Part shown: positions 23,301 to 35,177 of the stretch, piece by piece
Layout: every line of letters begins with the position of its first letter
Position numbering within the stretch: the first letter of the stretch is position 1
Origin: Macrostomum lignano
Taxonomy: Eukaryota
Direction of reading: 5' to 3'
Length of the DNA: 64,000 nucleotides
Assembly (NCBI GenBank): GCA_002269645.1
Contig: NIVC01001509.1
Span: forward strand, 124,001-188,000
Notes under the pieces: model-generated
The model's database searches: none
Told to the model about the DNA's origin: nothing
What the model saw: the letters and a program-made list of their open reading frames with translations, nothing else
Position numbers and translations under genes: made by a program

Positions 23301-26300
23301 CTGATGTTGGGATTAGTCTTTGATTGGCAGGTGAGCTAGTCAGTTGATGATTGACAGTGCCTGAGGCTAGTCAGTTGATGATTGATAGGTGTAGTCAGCT
23401 GATGATTGACAGGTGAGCTAGTCAGTTGATGATTGACAGGTGAGCTAGTCAGCTGATGATTGACAGGTGAGCTAGTCAGTTGATGATTGACAGGTGAGCT
23501 AGTCAGTTGATGATTGACAGGTGAGCTAGTCAGCTGATGATTGACAGGTGAGCTAGTCAGTTGATGATTGACAGGTGAGCTAGTCAGCCGATGATTGACA
23601 GGTGAGCTAGTCAGTTGATGATTGACAGGTGAGCTAGTCAGTTGATGATTGATAGGTGTAGTCAGCTGATGATTGACAGGTGAGCTAGTCAGTTGATGAT
23701 TGACAGGTGAGCTAGTCAGCTGATGATTGACAGGTGAGCTAGTCAGTTGATGATTGACAGGTGAGCTAGTCAGTTGATGATTGACAGGTGAGCTAGTCAG
23801 CCGATGATTGACAGGTGAGCTAGTCAGTTGATGATTGACAGGTGAGCTAGTCAGCCGATGATTGACAGGTGAGCTAGTCAGTTGATGATTGACAGGTGAG
23901 CTAGTCAGTTGATGATTGATAGGTGTAGTCAGCTGATAATTGACAGGTGAGGTAGTCAGTTGATGATTGACAGGTGAGCTAGTCAGTTGATGATTGACAG
24001 GTGAGCTAGTCAGCTGATGATTGATAGGTGAGGTAGTCAGTTGATGATTGGACAGTTGAGCTAGTCAGTTGATTATTGACAGGTGAGCTAGTCAGTTGAT
24101 GATTGACAGGTGAGCTAGTCAGTTGATTATTGACAGGTGAGCTAGTCAGCTGATGGTTGACAGATGAGCTAATCAGCTGATAATTGACAGGTGAGCAAGG
24201 TGCTTGAAAATCCTTTTGATAAAGAAAAATGCAGCTGAAACCCTGACTGAACCCACACACACAGACGGGCCAGACCTACCGGCTGTCTATCACCAGGCCT
24301 CAGCCTGCAGCCAGAAAGGTGTTTATCTCAAAGCACTTTGTCATAATAGAGGGTTTTGTTGTGCCCCCATTTAGTTAGCATATAAATAATGCGAACCCGT
24401 CTGCGGTGCTGTGATCCCAGATAATATTTATTAAGTGGCTTAATGCCTGTTCTACCTGAGCTGGCTTATCTGTCTCAACTGCTGTGAGCTGCTTTCATTT
24501 TCGTTTTTGCGGTTGTGTGAATTTACGTTATTAAATATTATTTTCATTTCATTTTCACCAGCGGCAAATAATTATTTTCATTTGCCGCTGCATCTGTGCA
24601 TTGTTGGCCTTTTTTCAGTGTATATCGATACTGTCGTTATGTTGTGATCCTCATTGTTAGTAACGTAAATTTTAACACATTCTTTTGCTTTTGCTATTCT
24701 TTTCTTGTCCAATATGCATCTCAGAAAATTAGTTAGTAATTCTGATCAGTTTGGAAAGTGGAGTTCTCACTCTGAACTTCGAATATTTTCGATTCAGCAA
24801 TAATCAGCAACGTCCGAACCATCAACAAGCAACGAAACTCACTCCCTGCCCCTCCAAACCGCACTCCGACAGCCACCTCACTCCCTGCCCCTCCAAACCG
24901 CACTCCGAAAGCCACCTCACTCCCTGCCCCTCCAAACCGCTCTCCGACAGCCACCTCACTCCCTGCCCCTCCAAACCGCACTCCGACAGCCACCTCACTC
25001 CCTGCCCTCCAAACCGCTCTCCGACAGCCACCTCACTCCCTGCCCCTCCAAACCGCTCTCCGACAGCCACCTCACTCCCTGCCCCTCCAAACCGCTCTCC
25101 GACAGCCACCTCACTCCCTGCCCCTCCAAACCGCACTCGGACAACCACCTCACTCCCTGCCCCTCCAAACCGCACTCGGACAACCACCTCACTCCCTGTC
25201 CCTCCAAACCGCACTCGGACAACCATCTCACTCCCTGCCCCTCCAAACCACACTCTGACAGTCACTTCACTCCCTGCCCCTACTGCACACTCCGACAGCC
25301 ACCCCCTGCCACTCTAAATTTAATGCTCTAGATGGAAAAGGTATATCCACTATATACTAAATTTTTTCCATCGTCTCATCTCTTCGATAGATACAACAGT
25401 AATAAATTGAATTTCTTACAACCTGCCCATTTCGCCAGCTCCCTCCCAGCCGGTCATTCTGAAAGGCGAGTGCAAGTCGGAGAACAACACTCTTACAATC
25501 GCTTGGTCGGCTGGTCGCTCTGGCCCGACGCCCGAAGCTTTTAGTCTGGAAATTGACGACGGAAGAGGTAGTGGATTCAAGGTGAGATACGCTTTGGAAG
25601 TTTAGAAGACGGAGAGGGGCTGATTCCAGGGGATTCCTATGGTTGGGGTTCGCTTATAGTCAGGAAAATCTTCAAAATCCACCACAGCGCTGCTACCGCG
25701 GCCCAGATTCGGCCTGCTGCGTGCAGTCGCTTCGATTTGACGCCGTCTACCAGGCCCGGGTTCGAGCTCACGGCCCTACAGGTGACTCAGCCTACAGCGA
25801 CTTTGTCCGGCTGCGCACTGCCGCCCGGGCTAGCTTCCAGTTCTGCCCGGATGCCTCTCACCGCGACCTGGTGTTCACCAACCGCGGCTGCACCGCCACC
25901 GCCTCAGTCCTGGACGATCGGGTCGCGCTCTGCTCGGCGGGGCTGTCCCGCGGCCAGCACTACTGGGAGTTTTCCGTGGACCGCTACGACGACAAAGGCG
26001 ATCCGGCGTTCGGCGTTGCTAGGATCGACTGTCGCAAGGACGAGAAGCTCGGTGGGTCTTGGACAGCATCCTCTTCTCTCCCAGCCCGACGGAGTCATGT
26101 ACATTGCAGGAAACACCAGTTATGCTTTTTAACTACTCTTATGCCCTTCACACTGCTACTACTGCACTGCACACTCCGACAGCCACCTCACTCCCTGCCC
26201 CCCCAGGTTCCATACCGCACACTCCGACAGCCACCTCACTCCCTGCCCCCCAGGTTCCAAACCGCACACTCCGACAGCCACCTCACTCCCTGCCCCCCCC

Positions 26301-26860
26301 AGGTTCCAAACAGCACACTCCGACAGCCACCTCACTCCCTGCTGCCCCCAGGTTCCAAACCGCACACTCCGACAGCCATCTCACTCCCTGCCCCCAGGTT
26401 CCAAACCGCACACTCCGACAGCCACCTCACTCCCTGCCCCCTAAACTAAAAACTCCGACTTTTGCCTTCCTTTGTAATCTAAGGCATACATGTACATCAT
26501 ACTCCCAATCAGTGTTAAAACTAACTACGCTGGTACGCTGTCCCCCCCTGGACAGGCCGCGACCACAAAGCCTGGTGCATGTACATAGACTTCAAGCGCA
26601 GCTGGTTCCTACACAGCGGCGAACACTTCGAGCGCACTGACGGCGGAATCGCACGCGGTGCGACCGTCGGCGTCCGTCTGGACTGCGACAGGGGCACGCT
26701 GAGCTACTATCTGAACGGGGCGCCGCACGGCCCAGTGGCTTTCACCAACCTGACTGGCACTCTCTACCCGGCCGTCAGCCTCAGTCGCAGCACGCAGGTG
26801 ACGCTCAACGCTGGCCTTGAGGTGCCGCACGACCTGTCTGAGGATGAAAGTGACGAGTGA
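14376..26860 (+). CDS. TRIM9: TRIM9/TRIM67-like E3 ubiquitin ligase (RING, B-box, coiled coil, COS, FN3, SPRY), 648 aa; exons 14376-14598, 15072-15496, 21848-21943, 22031-22264, 23119-23275, 25439-25581, 25688-26051, 26556-26860
   Basis: [23 protein letters not shown] with the family insert [12 protein letters not shown]; coiled coil [15 protein letters not shown] / [11 protein letters not shown]; FN3 [14 protein letters not shown]; [28 protein letters not shown] and [15 protein letters not shown]. All splice phases are consistent, and the total of 1947 nt is divisible by 3. Confidence 0.92.
14768..15057 (-). mobile_element. tRNA-derived CORE-type SINE, antisense in TRIM9 intron 1
   Basis: Minus strand shows A box TAGCCTAGTGATTAG, B box GGTTCGATTCC, then GTGTCCTTGAGCAAGACACTTAACTCTG (resembles the MIR/AFC CORE motif GTGACCTTGGGCAAGTCACTTAAC) and a (TTA)/(TA)-rich tail. 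Confidence 0.75.
15590..16045. repeat. ~26-bp minisatellite (GAAGAAGTCACTCTGAGGACATCTCC) with an 82-bp higher-order unit
   Basis: About 17 diverged copies; a 26+26+30 triplet recurs at 15781 and 15863. Confidence 0.85.
17265..17605. repeat. 45-bp minisatellite (GCAAGGCTTTGTCGAGCCGCAATCAGCCTACAGTAGTCTGAAAAT)
   Basis: About 7.5 near-identical copies in TRIM9 intron 2. Confidence 0.95.
17955..19285. repeat. 21-bp minisatellite (TATTCTGTTAGACAGTAGCTA)
   Basis: About 63 copies; source of the LLDSSYI artefact ORF. Confidence 0.97.
19560..19860 (-). mobile_element. Possible highly decayed LINE 3' fragment
   Basis: Minus-strand pieces [12 protein letters not shown] / [22 protein letters not shown] loosely resemble the post-RT region of CR1/L2-group LINEs. 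The match is weak and needs frameshifts. Confidence 0.2.
21165..21710. repeat. 26-bp minisatellite (GGAGGTCATCAGGCCCTGTCTGTATA)
   Basis: About 21 copies. Confidence 0.96.
22300..23070. repeat. 32-bp minisatellite (CTACAGTCTTTATCCACTCCAATCTGCATAAA)
   Basis: About 24 copies filling TRIM9 intron 4. Confidence 0.96.
23325..24195. repeat. 27-bp minisatellite (GACAGGTGAGCTAGTCAGTTGATGATT)
   Basis: About 32 copies in TRIM9 intron 5. Confidence 0.96.
24835..25310. repeat. 39-bp C-rich minisatellite (CTCACTCCCTGCCCCTCCAAACCGCACTCCGACAGCCAC)
   Basis: About 12 copies in TRIM9 intron 5. Confidence 0.95.
26165..26445. repeat. ~45-bp relative of the 39-bp minisatellite, in TRIM9 intron 7
   Basis: About 6 copies sharing CACTCCGACAGCCACCTCACTCCCTGCCCC, with an added CAGGTT. 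Confidence 0.9.
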
Positions 26861-28391
26861 TAGGATTTCCCGATATCAAATTGTAAGGCTTTTGCACAGT
26901 CTGCATGTGCAGCGCGGGGGTTCACCAATCAGAGATGAAAAAATTGAACGGCTGACGGGATTGTTGTTGACGTCACTAAAACGGAAAAGTCATAAGATTT
27001 ACTCGCTCCAAGTCTAGTTTAAATTAGGCTCAGTGCTTGTACGTTTTGAGTAACCCAGAAGACAGACTGCTCATATCTGCCCATTATTTTCTATGGATTC
27101 TGTACAATTCAGTACCGTCACGTCTTCTGTTGCCTGTCATGTTACTGATTGCTGTTATAAATATTTTCATTGAGCTCTCGCCAAAATCTCCATAGACGAC
27201 CGGAGCGATCAAAAAGGGGATTTCGCTCCCAGTTGACAGACAGCAGTTGCGCTGCTGAATGTAAATACATTCAATGCACAATATATAATCACTTGCAATG
27301 AAATCCCTTCCCAGAAATGGGAATAAAATGCCTTTGTTTGTGTTTTATTCCTGCCACCGACCACCTACCTGTGCGCAGGCTGAGGGGAACGGGCAAGCTA
27401 TATCGACGCGGTTACCTGGGAGGAAAATGAAATCGGGATAATCGGGGCCAGCATGGCAAAGGGGTTATTGGGAGTATTTTATTACCTGGGCTATTCGCAA
27501 TATCATCGCATTTTAGCCTTGGGTTGCCTTGGCGACGAGGCCCATGCAGCAGCGCTGCGCCATCAATGCTTCATTGCTTGGGCACAGGAGAAAGCTGCAT
27601 TGGAAAGTGCAGAGACGCTGCATCAAGGCTGGCCCAATTTAAGGTAGAAGCTGATCGACAGAAAAAGCTACCGGCTCTGTATGAATGCACAGAGATTAGA
27701 CAGTCAGGGCCGGTGTACACTCTTGGTGCGCTTGTATTGTGCTTGTGTCAGCGGAATTGGCACAATTGCCTCAGCGCAGGTTTTTTGGGATGATATCGCC
27801 GAAGTTCTAAAGTTCCCATATGCATGCAAGTTTAGTTGCATAAATAATTCCAAGTGTTGTTATGCATCAGATCAAAATTTAGGTCAAGCTAACCACAGAA
27901 CGTGAAGCTCACACGAGCGATAGTCACTGAATGGAGAATTGGGAGCTCGGCGGCGGCTTTTTCCGATGCAAATTTCATTTGGATGACTCAGTGTCCGGGA
28001 CTCACAGCACGCTGCGCACATGACTTGCGCAATCCGGGCGGATCATCCCGTCAGACATTCGGCTTGCGTGAATGGAGATTTGAACTCGAGTTATCCTCAA
28101 CAGCCTGTATCCTCAACAGACTATCGTTTTACCAACGATTAGCTATGGTTTGCCCCCGAGAATTATCCCCCATGTGTACAATGACGTGAGCAGCTATACA
28201 GCAAGCTTTGCGACTCAAAGTAATGTTTTGTAGATAATTTTTAGATTGCAAAATTAATTGTGGTAGAGCTTTGGGAAGATAACTATTTTATTATCTTACA
28301 AGCTACTTGCAGTAGCAAGTAGTGTCTTTTGATTCTGTTATAATAGCTCAGATGAAACCTATTGCTAGCGAGATGCAGTTCGAATTTACTG

Positions 28392-29182
28392 CGGATGGGA
28401 AGGGAGCCGATGGGATGGGAAGGGAGCCGATGGGATGGGAAGGGAGCCGATGGGATGGGAAGGGAGCCGATGGGATGGGAAGGGAGCCGATGGGATGGGA
28501 AGGGAGCCGATGGGATGGGAAGGGAGCCGATGGGATAGAAAGGGAGCGGATGGGATGGGAAGGGAGCCGATGGGATGGGAAGGGAGCGGATGGGATGGGA
28601 AGAGAGCGGATGGGATAGAAAGGGAGCGGATGGGATGGGAAGGGAGCCGATGGGATAGAAAGGGAGCGGATGGGATGAAAAGGGAGCGGATGGGATGGGA
28701 AGGGAGCGGATGGGATGGGAAGGGAGCCGATGGGATAGAAAGGGAGCGGATGGGATGAAAAGGGAGCGGATGGGATGGGATGGAGCCGATGGGATGGAAT
28801 GGAGCCGATGGGATGGGAAGGGAGCGGATGGGATAGAAAGGGAGTGGATGGGGTGGAATGGAACCGATGGGATGGGAAGGGAGCGGATAGGATGGGAAGG
28901 GAGTGGATGGGATGGAATGGAGATGTGAAGGGAGCGGATGGGATGGGAAGGGAGCCAATGGGATTGGATGGAGCCGATGGGATGGGAAGGGAGCGGATGG
29001 GATGGAAAGGGAGCGGATGGGATGGTGGGGGCGGTGGGAGCGGATGGGATGGTGGGAGCGGGTGGGATGGTGGGAGCGGGTGGGATGGTGGGAGCGGGTG
29101 GGGTGGTGGGAGCGGGTGGGATGGTGGGAGCGGATGGGATGGTGGGAGCGGGTGGGATGGTGGGAGCGGATGGAATGGATTG
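28392..29182. repeat. G-rich 20-bp (GATGGGATGGGAAGGGAGCC) array grading into an 18-bp (GGTGGGATGGTGGGAGCG) array
   Basis: About 40 copies with dense GGG runs. Confidence 0.95.
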
Positions 29183-29941
29183 AAGGCCCAAGAGTTGCTC
29201 AACTCAAACAGCCCGAACTCCCTAAAATGTTGGTGAACCAGCTGAGAGGCAGGAGAAAAAGGCCACGCTAGTACAAAAAATACCGGTACATGTAACTAAT
29301 TCTGTTCTATCAGTGTGTCCGGTGTTTAACTTTGGTCAAGGCAGTGGGATTTTAGTCCCAAACCAAACGATTGATCTGCTGGACAGCGTTGCCTGGGGCA
29401 ACCAACTTCCCGAGTGCAGCTGCAGAGTAATTTTTGTGAACTCATAATCGGTGAGCCATGGGCACAAAGCGTAGAGTGTTTGACTTTATTAGCAAACATA
29501 GCTGGTAGTTGGGTAGCTGCAGCAGAGCCTCTCAGTGCTGGCAATTAGTCAGTCAGTGCGGCGGCCCAGTTCGCCACACGATACTGTACGATCCACTGAT
29601 TCCACTCTGTTGCGGAGCACGCATACACTTTATGCAAGTATCGCGTTTTCTTTCTAAATAAAACAGAAATCGTTTTAAGCTGAAGCTATGCAAACAAAGA
29701 AACGCTGTCTGGTTTTTTTGTGTTTTTTTGGGGGGGATTATTTTTCCTGGGGAAATTAATTTGCTAATTTACGTTTTCTGTACGCCCTCGCCTCCGGTCT
29801 TCCAATTGGCGACTGGGAGAATCTCCTTCCCTGTCCTTCCTTCCTTCCTTTATGACCAGAGAGCAGCCTTGCTATATGTAAGCATCCGGCCTACTGCAGG
29901 GGAGCCAACTCAGGCCATTTGGCGTTTTCGACAGCTCGACA

Positions 29942-32356
29942 ATGCAGCCGTCCAGCCCAGGCAAGTCGCGCCAGTCGCGCCTGGACCTGCTGTGCCTGGC
30001 CGCTGAGGAGACAACAGCTCACGGACTCAGCCGCACAGTGGGCAACCGGCACCCTGTGGTTCGGGTGCTCTGGGGCCTGGCCTTCCTCTGCATGCTAGGC
30101 GTCTTTCTCAAGCAATTCGTGGACTCCTGCAACCGCCTCTACTCAAGCCGGTGTCAACCTCAATCGAGCCGAACACTGTGGATTTCCAGTTCCCGGATGT
30201 GCACATCTGCTCCGTGCCCATTGTGTCGGCCAGTTACGCCTCGCTGATGAGCCCGGCAGACCTGAATTTCACTGTCGAGCTCATGAAGCAGATTGAAAAC
30301 CGGCTGAAGGCCGCCAATCTCCCAGTGCTGTACCTCGGCGGTCAGCTGTTCACCGGCAGCCTGCCGTACAACTTTCTGAGCAGAAACTTCGGCACTCGCA
30401 AGGAGCAGTCGGTCATCGGGGCGCTGGTGATGCCAGTGAACACGAATCTGCAGCTCGATGTTGACATTATCGACCTGCGGCATCACAAGTACCTGAACTG
30501 CTTCACCATGCGGCTGAGGGATCCTTCACTGCACAGCCTGCTGAACAATGTACTGGGCTACCTGGATCTCAACCTGTACGCCGATGCCAGCTTCAACCAA
30601 GCGAGATTCTGCGCTACTTCAACAACATCATGGACGTCCGCGGACTAAACTTTGACGTCTACGAGGCCCTGATAGGCTCCGGGTTTCGCATATTTTTCAC
30701 TCCGCGGGGCTACTACCCAGACGATTACAGCCCGTCAGTGACTGTGAGCCCGGGATTCCAGCATCGGATCAGTCTGAGCATGCTCTACACAGAGTTGACT
30801 CCGGACAAGGGCCAGTGCGTTCGCGACAGTCCAGATGTTGTGTACCTGGACCAGTTCACCGGACAGCCCGTCACTTACCACTACGATCTGTCTTGTACGT
30901 GTGCAGAGTCACATTGGTGTCTCAAGTCACAATTTATTTATTTGGACTTTGCAATTTTGGCTTTACAGTTTTGGTACAGATTGGTCACTGTGGGATTCAG
31001 AGTTTGGTACGGATTGGACACTAGGATTCTGAGTTTGGTACGGATTGGTCACTGGGATTCAGAGTTTGGTACGGATTAGACACTAGGATTCTGAGTTTGG
31101 TACGGATTGGACACTGGTATTCTGAGTTTGGTACGGATTGGACACTGGTATTCTGAGTTTGGTACGGATTGGACACTGGTATTCAGAGTTTGGTACGGAT
31201 TGGACACTGGTATTCAGAGTTTGGTACGGATTGGACACTGGTATTCAGAGTTTGGTACGGATTGGACACTGGTATTCAGAGTTTGGTACGGATTGGACAC
31301 TAGGATTCAGAGTTTGGTACGGATTGGACACTAGGATTCAGAGTTTGGTACGGATTGGTCAATGGGATTCAGAGTTTGGTACGGATTGGTCACTGGGATT
31401 CAGAGTTTGGTACGGATTGGCACTAGGATTCAGAGTTTGGTACGGATTGGTCAATGGGATTCAGAGTTTGGTACGGATTGGTCACTGGGATTCAGAGTTT
31501 GGTACGGATTGGACACTGGTATTTAGAGTTTGGTACGGATTGGTCACTGATATTCACTTTAACTTTCGCTTTCACTCAGCTTGCTACGCCCAGTTTATGA
31601 ACGAGATGTTCAAGAATGAATTTGGCTGCTTCCTGCCCGGCTACTCGCCCATCCTGTACGAACACCGGGACCTGCGCTTGTGCAGCAACCTGGCCTACAT
31701 TGACTCCAACGCCACCGGTCAGTCATGGAGTGGAAAGCTGAATTTCCTCTACGGCTTCACCAACGGCACCTTCACGGAGCAGCTGGTTGGCAGCATGCAC
31801 AAGATGATGGAGCGCTGCCGGCAGAGGCAGTCCTGCCAGGAGGCCAAGTACGTGTCCAGCCTGAGCTCATTCGATTCCCGCTGAGTCAGGCCGTCAACAA
31901 TGAGCTGATCAACACTTTCCGTGCGCTGAACGGCCACCGAATCGCGAACAACTACTCCATCCCCGGCCGGATGTGGATGCAGCGCCTGTTTGAGTCTGGC
32001 GTCAATTCACAGCGTCCAGCGCCACTTCGCTTGAGTACGTGCAGGCGGTGGAGGAGAACATTGTCCGGGTGCAGATCCACGCGGGCGAGCTCACGTCCAC
32101 CTTGTACAGGCAGCAGATATCCTACCTGCCCAGCGACCTGTTAGCCGGAGTTGGCGGTCTCATGGGTCTCTACATGGGCTGCAGTGTGCTCACCCTGATG
32201 GAGCTTCTCGAACTGCTAGCCGTGCTCATCTACGGGCGTCGTCTTGTCGCCGAACCGTCAGCCGTGACCGATCAGAGTCAGCAGCAGTCGCAGCAGCAGC
32301 TCAGTGGGCAGTCGGGCAGTAAAAGCGACCGTAAGATTGAGCTGGTCACCTTTTAA
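29942..32356 (+). CDS. DEG/ENaC (amiloride-sensitive sodium channel family) subunit 1; exons 29942-30894, 31580-32356; four single-base -1 frameshifts (pseudogene or consensus errors); about 577 aa if repaired
   Basis: N-terminal TTAHGL + TM1; post-TM1 FQFPDVHIC; YLNCFT; GFRIFF; TVSPG; Cys-rich CYAQF..GCFLPG..CSN..C; TM2 DLLAGVGGLMGLYMGCSVLTLMELLE with GxS filter. Frame switches occur near 30145, 30599, 31868 and 32006. Intron GTACGT(30895)..TTCACTCAG(31579). Confidence 0.85.
30965..31550. repeat. 31-bp minisatellite (TTCAGAGTTTGGTACGGATTGGACACTGGTA) in the ENaC-1 intron
   Basis: About 19 copies. Confidence 0.95.
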
Positions 32357-32669
32357 CTACCAGAAGCGAGCAAGAATGCAAGCTCAAACGCTCTTTGATT
32401 TTTTTTTCAAAACAGAAAATTTAAGCATTGAGAAAGTAGAAATTCAGGTCTTACCAAAGGAATTGTTCAATAAAGTTTTGTCGCCACAAATCAGGCTTTG
32501 AAGCTACTTAGTAAGTAGATATTGAAGCACAGGACTTTTGACTGTTAAGTTATCAGTAATGCCATTAGCAGGGCGGAATTCAGTGGTAAACTTTTTGTTT
32601 TTTTGCATTCAATATTGACCGTTTCTATGTTTAACTTGTAGTCTAAATTTTTCGATTCTTTACTTAGCT

Positions 32670-34000
32670 GTGTTTCACTCTACTCTGCTCTGTTTTACTC
32701 TGTTCCACTCTACTCTACTCTGTTCAACTCTACTCTGTTCCACTCTACTCTACTCTTTTCAACTCTACTCTACTCTGTTCCACTCTACTCTACTCTGTTT
32801 CACTCTACTCTGTTCCACTCTACTCTACTCTTTTCAACTCTACTCTACTCTGTTCCACTCTACTCTACTCTGTTCCACTCTACTCTACTCTTTTCAACTC
32901 TACTCTACTCTGTTCTACTCTACTCTGTTCCACTCTACTCTACTCTTTTCAACTCTACTCTACTCTGTTCCACTCTACTCTACTCTGTTTCACTCTACTC
33001 TGTTCCACTCTACTCTACTCTTTTCAACTCTACTCTACTCTGTTCCACTCTACTCTACTCTGTTCCACTCTACTCTACTCTTTTCAACTCTACTCTACTC
33101 TGTTCTACTCTACTCTACTCTGTTCCACTCTACTCTACTCTGTTTCACTCTGTTCCACTCTACTTTACTCTGTTTCACTCTGTTCCACTCTACTTTACTC
33201 TGTTCCACTCTACTCTACTCTGTTCTACTCTACTCTGTTCCACTCTACTCTACTCTGTTTCACTCTGTTCCAGTCTACTCTACTCTGTTCAACTCTACTC
33301 TGTTCCACTCTACTCTACTCTGTTCCACTCTATTCTACTCTATTCTACTCTACTCTACTCTGTTTCACTCTACTCTGTTCCACTCTACTCTACTCTTTTC
33401 AACTCTACTCTACTCTGTTCCACTCTACTCTACTCTGTTTCACTCTACTCTGTTCCACTCTACTCTACTCTTTTCAACTCTACTCTACTCTGTTCTACTC
33501 TACTCTACTCTGTTCCACTCTACTCTACTCTTTTCAACTCTACTCTACTCTGTTCTACTCTACTCTACTCTGTTCCACTCTACTCTACTCTGTTTCACTC
33601 TGTTCCACTCTACTTTACTCTGTTTCACTCTGTTCCACTCTACTTTACTCTGTTCCACTCTACTCCACTCTGTTCTACTCTACTCTGTTCCACTCTACTC
33701 TACTCTGTTTCACTCTGTTCCAGTCTACTCTACTCTGTTCAACTCTACTCTGTTCCACTCTACTCTACTCTGTTCCACTCTATTCTACTCTATTCTACTC
33801 TAGTCTACTCTAGTCTACTCTACTCTGTTCCACTCTACTTTACTCTGTTCCACTCTACTCCACTCTGTTCAACTCTACTCTGTTCCACTCTACTCTACTT
33901 TGTTCCACTCTACTCTACTCTGTTCCACTCTACTCTACTCTACTCTACTCTGTTCTACTCTGTTATACTATGCTATACTCTACTCTACTTTAATCTACTC
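32670..34000 (+). repeat. (CTCTA)n-based pentamer satellite, left arm
   Basis: ACTCT/CTGTT/CCACT pentamers with larger duplicated blocks. Confidence 0.95.
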
Positions 34001-34221
34001 CACTTAGCACATGCTTAAACGAAGACGGGCAGAAAAAAGTGTGTTTTTTTCTAATAGTTCGTTTGTTATAGTTTCACTCGTGGCATAAAATGTTGACACA
34101 GTCCAATGTGAGTACTGTGGACTTTTCCTCGTAAAGCAAAACAAATATTTTAAATTTGTAATTCTGGCAATGACTGCTCTTGCAAGCTTTTCTTGCTGAT
34201 CGCTTAAGTACTGAATAAAAT

Positions 34222-34390
34222 ATTGACTAAATAAACGTAATTGACTAAATGACTAAATAAACGTAATTGACTAAATGACTAAATAAACGTAATTGACTAA
34301 ATGACTAAATAAACGTAATTGACTAAATGACTAAATAAACGTAATTGACTAAATGACTAAATAAACGTAATTGACTAAATGACTAAATAA
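34222..34390. repeat. 26-bp repeat (TTGACTAAATGACTAAATAAACGTAA)
   Basis: About 6 copies, lying between the two inverted pentamer arrays. Confidence 0.9.
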
Positions 34391-34479
34391 CATAAAAGCC
34401 TTAAACAGTATCAGATGTTACTGGATCTTACTGAGATTATATGACAGATAGTAAAACTGTGTAGAGAACAACGTAGAAC

Positions 34480-34995
34480 TTAGTAGACACGCGTAGAACA
34501 GGGCAGAACAGAGTAGTAGTAGACTAGAGTAGACTAGAGTAGAATAGAGTAAATAGAGTAGAACAGAGTAGAGTAGACTAGAGTAGAATAGAGTTAGAAC
34601 AGAGTAGAGTAGACTAGAGTAGACTAGAGTAGAATAGAGTAGAATAGAGTAGAACAGAGTAGAGTAGACTAGTAGTAGACTAGAGTAGAATAGAGTAGAA
34701 TAGAGAGTAGAACAGAGTAGAGTAGACTAGAGTAGACTAGAGTATAATTAGAGTAGAATAGAGTAGAACAGAGTAGAGTAGACTAGAGTAGAATAGAGTA
34801 GAACAGAGTAGAGTAGACTAGAGAGTAGAATAGAGTAGAATAGAGTAGAACAGAGTAGAGTAGACTAGAGTAGAATAGAGTTAGAATAGAGTAGAACAAG
34901 TAGAGTAGACTAGAGTAGAATAGAGTAGAATGTTACGGTAGTAGAAAAGCGTAGAACTGTGAAGAATAGAATAGAGTAGAACAGAATTCAGAGTA
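34480..34995 (-). repeat. (TAGAG)n pentamer satellite, right arm, inverted relative to 32670-34000
   Basis: TAGAGTAGAACAGAGTAGAGTAGACTAGAG is the reverse complement of the left-arm variants near 33780-33830. Confidence 0.9.
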
Positions 34996-35177
34996 ATATA
35001 GCAGTAAAACACAGATTAGTTCCCGACTGGACTGATTAGTCACTGCCAGCGCAAATCCATGTGCAAACACTCCTGACAGGACTTCCTTGATGAGGTAATT
35101 GGATTACGAATAAGCGTTAAGCGATGAATTGGCGATCATATTGCTGGTCTGCTGATTGCCTGAGCGGAACGCTGCAC

